Origin: Paraspadella gotoi
Taxonomy: Eukaryota > Animalia > Chaetognatha
Length of the DNA stretch: 5,930 nt
Assembly (NCBI GenBank): GCA_051294375.1
Contig: JBJCIZ010001464.1
Coordinates: 1 to 5,930, forward strand
Direction of reading: 5' to 3'
Under the pieces are notes generated by a model. It saw only the letters and a list, made by a program, of their open reading frames with translations. It had not been told where the DNA came from and did no database searches. Position numbers and translations under genes: made by a program. Of this stretch, positions 1 through 5,930 are shown in pieces (positions within the stretch are counted from its first letter, which is position 1; every line of letters begins with the position of its first letter).

Positions 1-29
1 AGGAGTGGGAGGAGGCTGAGAGAGGAGCG
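1..29 (+). CDS. Possible 3' end of an exon entering the window (EWEEAERGA or RSGRRLREE)
   Basis: GCG|GTAAGA donor at 30, followed immediately by an (AG)n tract. Two frames are open. Confidence 0.35.
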
Positions 30-32
30 GTA

Positions 33-79
33 AGAGAGAGAGAGAGAGAAGAAGGAAAGAGAAAAGACGAGGAAGAGAA
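33..79. repeat. (AG)n / purine tract
   Basis: Direct reading. Confidence 0.9.
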
Positions 80-196
80 TTTCCCGGATTGCGATGTTCC
101 GATGCGTATTCCGTTTTTTACCGGCTTTCAGATGGGAGGGAAATGGCGAATTTCAGTCGTTTTGAAAAACAGCAGGAGCAATGATAAGAAAAATAC

Positions 197-260
197 AGAA
201 GAGGAGATGAGACAGAGAGATGAGAGAGAGAGAGAGAGAGGGATGAGAGAGAGAAGAGAG
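197..260. repeat. Imperfect (AG)n microsatellite
   Basis: Direct reading. Confidence 0.9.
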
Positions 261-344
261 TAAGGAAAAAGTAAATTTAGGGCTCGTGTAAGCGAACAGG
301 AGGGTTTGAGGGTGAAAAGTCAAAAGTCAATAGTCGATAAGAAT

Positions 345-463
345 TTTTCTCTCCTTTCTCTTTCTCTCTCTCTCTTTCTTCTCTCTCCTCTTTTCTCGCC
401 TCTCTGTCTTCGTTTCACTTTCTCTTGCTCTTCCTCTTTTCCTTCTCTTCCCACTTCTCCCTC
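345..463. repeat. CT-rich polypyrimidine tract
   Basis: Direct reading. Confidence 0.9.
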
Positions 464-533
464 CACATGACACTGGATATTTGGAAATTAAAAAGAGAAA
501 AGAATTTTCTGCGGTCTTTTCTTTCGAACGCAG

Positions 534-623
534 GTCTTATCACGAAACCGCCCTAACTCCCGGCTCCCGCTCCGGGGAATCCGAACGTTGGACTATAGTT
601 TTTTTATTTTTTACGATTTTTAA
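534..623 (+). CDS. Possible next or terminal exon (phase 0: VLSRNRPNSRLPLRGIRTLDYSFFIFYDF*)
   Basis: Strong acceptor tcttttctttcgaacgCAG|G at 533 and GC-rich sequence at 534-595. TAA 621-623 overlaps AATAAA 622-627. Frame uncertain: phase 2 gives SYHETALTPGSRSGESERW. Confidence 0.3.
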   Translation, partial: VLSRNRPNSRLPLRGIRTLDYSFFIFYDF

Positions 624-652
624 TAAAGTTTAAGCTTCCGAAAGAAAATTTG

Positions 653-668
653 AAAAAAAAAAAAAAAA
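653..668 (+). repeat. A16 homopolymer
   Basis: Direct reading. Confidence 0.95.
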
Positions 669-1353
669 GTATTGTTAATATTTTACGAGGTTTTTTTCCC
701 ACCCTGTAGTTCTTGGGGAAATCTCGCGAGGTTGGCAGTAATCATCTTTTCAAGTTATATGCACGCAATAACGTTTTTTCTTTAAAATTCAGTTTAGTCA
801 ATCTTCGATGCTCATCGTTTCGAAAATTCCGTTAGAAGCGCGAAATAACCAAAAAGTTCTGACGTTCCGCATCGTTGTACTTTTGGTTCCACGCATGTCT
901 CTTCCTCCTTTTCCTTTTTTTAAAATTATCTTTTTTTCCTTTTTTTTTTTGGTGATAAATCTTCTCCCTTCGTTCCTTACATCTCGTTTGGCTTTTCCGA
1001 TTTCGGTCCCATGAGCTTTTTTTTTTTACCTTCGCTCCTTTATTCTATTCTCTTACTCCCTATTTCCCTTTCTCCCTACTCCCTATTCCTGATCCGGCAC
1101 TTTCCCCTCTTCGTCGAGCATTTCCTCTTGCTCCACTACTCTCTTTTAATTTTCGCCCCTCTCTTCGCACATGCTCTTTTTTCAAAACTGATTTTTTGCT
1201 TCTTCACTTTTTCACTCAATTCTCTGACGCTACAAATTAGTCATATTCTCAATGATTTTTATAACCGTTTTTGCATCGATGGTCTTCTTATATCCCTTCA
1301 TCTTCTTCTCTTTCCTTTCTAACCCCAATGGGGCCTGTGACCCCATATCAAAG

Positions 1354-1427
1354 GAAGACACGCCGTACTGCAGCCCTGTCTCAAGCGCAGCGACCCCCTC
1401 TTCGCGCGAAACTGTAGATTTCGATGG
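1354..1427 (+). CDS. Alternative candidate internal exon (RHAVLQPCLKRSDPLFARNCRFRW)
   Basis: Consensus donor TGG|GTAAGT at 1428, branch-like CTAAC at 1319-1323 and AAG at 1351-1353. No pyrimidine tract adjacent to the acceptor. Confidence 0.22.
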
Positions 1428-1494
1428 GTAAGTGGGTAATGAAGGTCTGCTTAGGGAACTCGTAAAAGGACGACAGACTTCTTGTCTGTCGAAT
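1381..1494 (-). CDS. Possible terminal exon (IRQTRSLSSFYEFPKQTFITHLPIEIYSFARRGGRCA*)
   Basis: Acceptor-like cctttctctccggatgttaTAG at 1495 and a phase-0 open frame to TGA 1383-1381, within a higher-GC complex island. Conflicts with the plus-strand candidate at 1354-1427. Confidence 0.2.
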   Translation of the reverse strand: MRQTRSLSSFYEFPKQTFITHLPIEIYSFARRGGRCA

Positions 1495-2510
1495 CTATAA
1501 CATCCGGAGAGAAAGGTATACTTATATTTATTAATATTTTTTTAAAGACACAAATGAAGACAGATTTAAACCTACGCAGTGGTAATTTTGTTTACGAGAT
1601 GAATTTCACGTGCGTCATTGAAAGGAATTCCACTTTTCACATCGATAGAATCGGTGATCGAAAATGGGCGTTTTCGGTCGGGTTTCAGCCTCACATTCGC
1701 TCACCCAATGTAATCTCTTCTAAATCTCCTCACAATAAATATACGACCCGAAATTAAAACGTAACTAAAAAGTTCCCTACCCTCCCTCGGAGCCTCGACT
1801 TTTACATTTCGCATTTCAAACTCCATAATTAGAATTATTTATGTATGATATTCGCTATTTGATTTATAAAAAGATTATCGCGAAGAAGTCATGAGATAAA
1901 AAAATGTAAAAAATGTTATTATGACTGTAAAAATTAAAAACTGCGGAGAGATTTTTTAGTTTATAGTTAGTGAAGATGTAATTTAAACTTACTGATAGGA
2001 TATTAATGAGTCAAATAAAGGGAATACAGAGAAAAAATGACTTATGATAGATGGAGAAAGGAAGGCCTCTCCAGATGAAAGGGGAGAAAGGTATTGAAGA
2101 TGGAAATAGGAGGGATTTACAGGTGGAGAGAAGACCATTCGAGATGGAGAAAGAAAGCGATTACTCTTCGAAACCCATGCGAACTCGCGTTCCAGATAAT
2201 GGATTCATTTGCATACGCAGGATCTTCGGGGAAAAAGAGAAAAAGGAGGAAAGAAAAGAGAAAAAAAGAAAAAGATCTGCCCGGAAAAGAAAAAAGGAGA
2301 TTTGACTCTTTCTTTTCTCTTTCCCATGGGACAAATCGATCTTACTGACCTGTAAAAAAAACAGACCATAACCTTTATAAATATTTTTTTATCTTTTTAA
2401 ATCTACCTTTAATTGAATATTTATATTTTTCTTTTTCACGTTTATCTTTTTCTCTCCTTCTTTTTATTTCCTTAATAATTCTTTTAACCTTGATTTCTCG
2501 CTCGTTGCTT

Positions 2511-2519
2511 TTTCTTTCT

Positions 2520-2566
<47 letters not shown>

Positions 2567-2579
2567 CTCTCTTCTCTCC

Positions 2580-2620
<41 letters not shown>

Positions 2621-2628
2621 TCTCTTTT
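2511..2628. repeat. (CT)n microsatellite
   Basis: Direct reading. Confidence 0.95.
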
Positions 2629-2700
2629 GTTTTTACCTTCTCATGTAGAAGCAGAGAAAAATTGTTTTTTCTTATCCTTATTCATTAAGCGTCTTCGTAC

Positions 2701-2715
2701 CGTAACGTGGAACTT
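2701..2715 (-). CDS. Possible 15-nt (or 12-nt via NAGNAG) micro-exon
   Basis: Minus strand reads aactaaaCAG|AAGTTCCACGTTACG|GTACGA, with a pyrimidine tract further upstream. Confidence 0.2.
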
Positions 2716-2777
2716 CTGTTTAGTTATTTTTTATACATGAAAGAGAAAAAGATTAAAGAGTAATAAGAAATCGCACG

Positions 2778-2784
2778 AAGAGAA

Positions 2785-2819
<35 letters not shown>

Positions 2820-2878
2820 TGACGAGAGATGAGAGAGAGAGAGACTGAGAGTGATGAGAGAGAGAGAGACGAGAGAGA
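2778..2878. repeat. Imperfect (GA)n microsatellite
   Basis: Direct reading. Confidence 0.95.
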
Positions 2879-2894
2879 TTTTTTTTCATTTGAC

Positions 2895-2937
2895 ATTTAT
2901 TAGTGCGTTCAGACCATCGTTGAGTGGCCTTCAAAAA
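2895..2937 (-). CDS. Possible small internal exon (FLKATQRWSERTNK)
   Basis: Acceptor-like ttttttttcgAAG (alternative AAG giving a start at 2928), phase 0 and so compatible with 3218. Complex sequence lying between repeats. The donor GTCAAA is weak. Confidence 0.2.
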
Positions 2938-3148
2938 CTTCGAAAAAAAACCCATTCTACCCTTTTTCCTTTTTGTCAACTTTTCAGTTAAGATTTTCCT
3001 TATTCCTTTCTCTAATTTTCTTTATTATCATTCATTTGCCATATCAGTTATTTCCTTCTTCTTTCCTTCTCTTTCATTCTCTTTTTCTACTTCCTATCTT
3101 TACATCCACTACCTTTCGATTCCTTCCAACCTATTATTTCCTTCTCCA

Positions 3149-3212
3149 TCCTTTCCTTTTCCTTTTCCTTTTCCTTTTCCTTTTCCTTTCCTTTCCTTTT
3201 CTTCTTCTTTCC
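3149..3212. repeat. (TTTTCC)n hexamer repeat
   Basis: Direct reading. It explains the FPFPFP and RKRKRK tails of the overlapping ORFs. Confidence 0.95.
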
Positions 3213-3217
3213 ATTAC

Positions 3218-3499
3218 CTTCATTATTCCTCGTTCATCCGCAAGACACGCCTTTCGTTCTTCTCCCTTCAACGAATCGCAGGATCCCGTCGGCAACGCAG
3301 CCGCCGCCGCCGCCGCCGCCGCCGCCGCGGAGGAGGAAAGAGACCTTACTTCCGGCGGAGATGTCGGGCGCTTACTGCCTCCGCCAGCGGCCGTCATCCA
3401 CGAACTCGAGCGATAGTCGCCTTCTCTGGTTTTCTGTCTTCGCTTCTCATCGGACCTTCGCTTCTTGCGCGCTGCCGACCAGCTCTGGCGGCTTGTCAT
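3218..3499 (-). CDS. Probable coding exon (94 codons from the ATG; or an internal exon starting at 3484) with a basic cluster, poly-Ala and CDSLKGEERKAC
   Basis: The ORF matches the second GC-rich island. A good donor AAG|GTAATG at 3218/3217 lies exactly where the sequence changes to the (GGAAAA)n repeat. A-rich leader upstream. An in-frame CAG at 3487-3485 is a possible but weak acceptor. Confidence 0.55.
3300..3326. repeat. (GCC)9 trinucleotide repeat (poly-Ala on either strand)
   Basis: Direct reading. Confidence 0.95.
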
Positions 3500-3746
3500 G
3501 GATTACGACGAGGAAGGCGGAGTTTTGTTGTTTTTTGTTTTTTATTTTTAGTTTAAATAATTATTTCATCGCCGAGTTTTTTTGTTTTTTTTCAATTTGT
3601 TGTCAATGTTTCGGTCCACATTCGTCGCGAGCAGAATTAAAAAAAAATCCGGTAAACAAAATTAATAAATATTTTAAAAATTAATTTTCACGAATTAAAA
3701 AAAAACCAAAAACCTCCGCTGTCACCATTTTTAAATATTTTTTTCC

Positions 3747-3834
3747 TATCATCATTCAATCATTCGTTATCATCAATTGGATAACACCATTATTCATCAT
3801 CATCATCATTATCATCATCATCCATTCATCATCA
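3747..3834. repeat. Degenerate (ATC)n repeat
   Basis: Direct reading. Confidence 0.85.
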
Positions 3835-4185
3835 CAAGCACGGATAAAAAAAAAACAAACTCGTTCTTCCAAGTCTAAAATTAGAAACATAAAGGAAAAT
3901 GTTCTTTTTTAATTTTTCATTTCCTTTCACTTCGTGTTTTTCCAGAGACGCTGATTAAACACTTGTCATGTTATTTCTCAGCCCGACGACGGACCCACGG
4001 ACCGACCGGACAGCCCTTCCGTTCCAACTGCCGATTGCCTTCAGCCGACGACCTGCATTATTCCGCCGGGCTGGCATACCTCATTTTCTTCAACATTTTA
4101 ATTATTTGAAAGCCACCCGCTTTGCGCGAGACCGCAGTATTTTTCGATTATCTGATTTCTCTCTTTTACCTGTCACTCCACTTAC

Positions 4186-4350
4186 TCGGGTTTCACCAAT
4201 CACCTGTTTTCACTTCATTACTTCGGGTTTCACCAATAAACCATTATGTCACCCTTTCCCCTCGAAAATTCTTTACCACCCGTCGCGCTTTCCACCTTCC
4301 CCGATCCTGCACCTGCATATCCAAACTCCCCGATTCCTGCACCTGTTTTC
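4186..4350. repeat. Degenerate short direct duplications
   Basis: TCGGGTTTCACCAAT at 4186 and 4223; CCCCGAT(T)CCTGCACCTG at ~4299 and ~4328; CACCTGTTTTC at 4201 and 4340. Confidence 0.8.
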
Positions 4351-4583
4351 CACATATCCTTTAAACTCGATGAATTTAAATCTGATCCCCGTTTAATTCC
4401 TTCTCCATTAACGGCGCAAGACGTCGTTTCCTGTCTTTATCCCCGCGAATTTCCAGCCTTCACAAAGTTCCCTCCCCATATCCCCGATTCCCCCAATTCA
4501 CTCATCCCCAATCAAACCAAATCCTCATCTCATCCCTGAGTATTCTTATCTTTAATTTTTTTGTATCCCCAATTTATTTATTT

Positions 4584-4695
4584 TTTCTTATCTTATCTAT
4601 TTCTTATCTTATCTTATCTTATCTTATCTTATTCTTTATCTTATCTTATTCTTATCTTAATCTTTATCTTATCTTATCTTATTTCTTATCTTTAT
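4584..4695. repeat. (TCTTA)n pentanucleotide repeat
   Basis: Direct reading. Confidence 0.95.
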
Positions 4696-4808
4696 ATGTA
4701 CCAATTTTGGGTTTTTCTAAAGATTCTGTAATCTGTCGGTCTCCTCTGTGCACTTTGCTCGTCATTGCATTCCGATCTTTTTCATTTTTAAAATCCTTCA
4801 AATTTTAT

Positions 4809-4837
4809 TTCTCTCGCTCTTCTCTGTCTCTGTCTCT

Positions 4838-4874
<37 letters not shown>

Positions 4875-4889
4875 TCCTCTCTCTCTCTT

Positions 4890-4923
<34 letters not shown>
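4809..4923. repeat. (CT)n microsatellite
   Basis: Direct reading. Confidence 0.95.
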
Positions 4924-5198
4924 CCACATTTTAATCCCTTCTAAATCCCCGGATGTGAATCTCTCGTCGAAAGGCGAACTCACGGATTTATCTCATTCTC
5001 CTTTTATTCAACACATTCTCTTTCTCATACGGACTCGTAAGAATGAATCTTTTATTTCCTTTATCTCCCTATTCAAAATTAACTCATTCGTTCCGATTAC
5101 ATCCGGGACGACCGAATCAAATCCTTTCACCGACATTTCGCACTAAAGTCATTTCATCCGTGGTGCATTCAAAGTTACATCCTTCGCCGTACCCGCAC

Positions 5199-5219
5199 CT
5201 GCGCCTTCCTTTTCCTCGC

Positions 5220-5253
<34 letters not shown>

Positions 5254-5641
5254 GGCGTGGAAGGATCGTTCCTCCTTTTCTTTCCTCGTTCCACTCCTCG
5301 CTGCGGTCGAGAATTGGCGACTCTACCCTCCTCCCTCTCTTCCTTCCTTTCCTCCCTCCACGAGCTTCCCTCCTCTTCCTCCTCTCCATCGTCGAATCGC
5401 CACGAAGGTGACACTCTGGCCGCTAGGGACTCTGCTCTCTCCCCCTCTCCGCCCCCTCCTCCTTCTTCCTCTACTTCTTCGGCCGCGACGTCCAAGGAAT
5501 TAATCAAATTTGATGTTCCTCCCCTTCTTCCTCTTCCCTCGTCTTCTTCTCTTCCTCCTCCGGGATTGACGACGGCGCCTCGGCTGAAGCCGGTTGCCAT
5601 GGCGACGCTGATGAATAAAACGACGAGAGCAAGAATCGTCT

Positions 5642-5678
<37 letters not shown>

Positions 5679-5729
5679 GGACGTCTTTCTTTTTCCGCGG
5701 AATTTCTCGTTTTCTTTTTTAGTTTTCAT
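5199..5729 (-). CDS. Probable first coding exon (177 codons) of an uncharacterised secreted or membrane-anchored precursor-like protein
   Basis: The ORF spans the GC-rich island. ATG at 5729 follows an A-rich leader (aaacaaaaataaacaaacgagATG). A hydrophobic stretch ILALVVLFISVAMATGFSRG is followed by an acidic/Gly-rich region and basic clusters (RPQR, KKRR, RKRK). Candidate donors are CAG|GTGCGG (exon end 5199) or CGG|GTACGG (5193), both phase 0. Confidence 0.55.
5222..5254. repeat. (TCR)11 trinucleotide repeat
   Basis: TCG units with two TCA interruptions. Confidence 0.9.
5593..5606. promoter_or_regulatory. RFX X-box-like near-palindrome GTTGCCATGGCGAC
   Basis: Minus strand GTCGCC-AT-GGCAAC fits the RFX consensus GTNRCC(N0-3)RGYAAC and is one base from the perfect palindrome. 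Function is unproven. Confidence 0.35.
5642..5677. repeat. (TCG)12 repeat, read as Ser plus poly-Thr in the minus-strand ORF
   Basis: Direct reading. Confidence 0.95.
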
Positions 5730-5930
5730 CTCGTTTGTTTATTTTTGTTTTTGCTTCTTTTTTTTTAGTTTCTTCGAGTTTATTCTGTTTTTTATCTTTC
5801 CTTTTTTTTTTAATTTAAACTCAGTCGCGATTGTAAAATAGTTCACGTTGGAGGCGAACTTCTTTTTAGTGACAAAATAATTAGCGCGTTTTTTTTTTAG
5901 AGATGCTACTGCTCTTTTTAGGGGACGAAT

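Noticed and set aside
3-29. EWEEAERGA resembles the APP E2-domain EWEEAERQA
   Set aside because: Only nine residues, purine-biased, and no downstream exon continues the APP sequence.
808-1322. F/L/S-rich plus-strand ORFs resembling membrane proteins
   Set aside because: Pyrimidine-rich low-complexity DNA lacks stop codons by composition; no supporting splice or family signals.
838-1411. E2F-like GCGCGAAA at 838 and 1404
   Set aside because: Short motif expected by chance in CpG-undepleted AT-rich DNA; no TSS evidence.
1471-1500. Helitron 3' hairpin or Rho-independent terminator
   Set aside because: No CTRR end at the expected distance, no U-tract, and not prokaryotic DNA.
2051-2348. Two plus-strand 84-aa ORFs
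   Set aside because: Purine-rich degenerate sequence (recurrent GATGGAGAAAG) with K/R/E tails arising from low complexity.
2890-3285. Resemblance of CDSLKG…C…CQ to the Wnt N-terminus, or of CDS…D.RG to neurotrophins
   Set aside because: Cys spacing differs, and the diagnostic QF…RWNC (Wnt) or W-V (neurotrophin) residues are absent.
3282-3416. Plus-strand terminal exon DPVGNA11EEERDL…ELER*
   Set aside because: GC-rich sequence continues ~100 nt past its stop, whereas the minus-strand frame fits both island boundaries.
4186-4237. CRISPR-like repeat pair
   Set aside because: Only two 15-nt copies, in a eukaryotic context, with no cas genes.
5608-5640. CTGATGA hammerhead ribozyme core
   Set aside because: No stem II or GAAA follows.
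5257-5841. Plus-strand 194-aa ORF with a Pro/Ser-rich region, clathrin-box-like LIKFD and LKPV
   Set aside because: It is the antisense shadow of the minus ORF and runs into poly-Val and F-rich repeats with no good donor or stop at the island edge. Disfavoured rather than excluded.

Overview
AT-rich, microsatellite-dense eukaryotic genomic DNA, probably from an invertebrate animal. CpG looks undepleted by eye; the taxon cannot be assigned. Nothing prokaryotic, and no CRISPR array, rRNA, tRNA or recognisable transposase. Most listed ORFs are low-complexity artefacts. Two GC-rich islands (~5180-5730 and ~3220-3520) read best as minus-strand coding exons, each with an A-rich leader, an ATG and a phase-0 GT donor. 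The first encodes a signal peptide/anchor-like segment and many basic cleavage-like sites; the second ends in a C-x10-C motif. Weaker minus-strand exon candidates follow, including a 15-nt micro-exon between complementary CT/GA tracts. The left edge may hold the end of a convergent plus-strand gene (intron 30-533). No gene family was recognised, and all gene models are hypotheses from manual reading.
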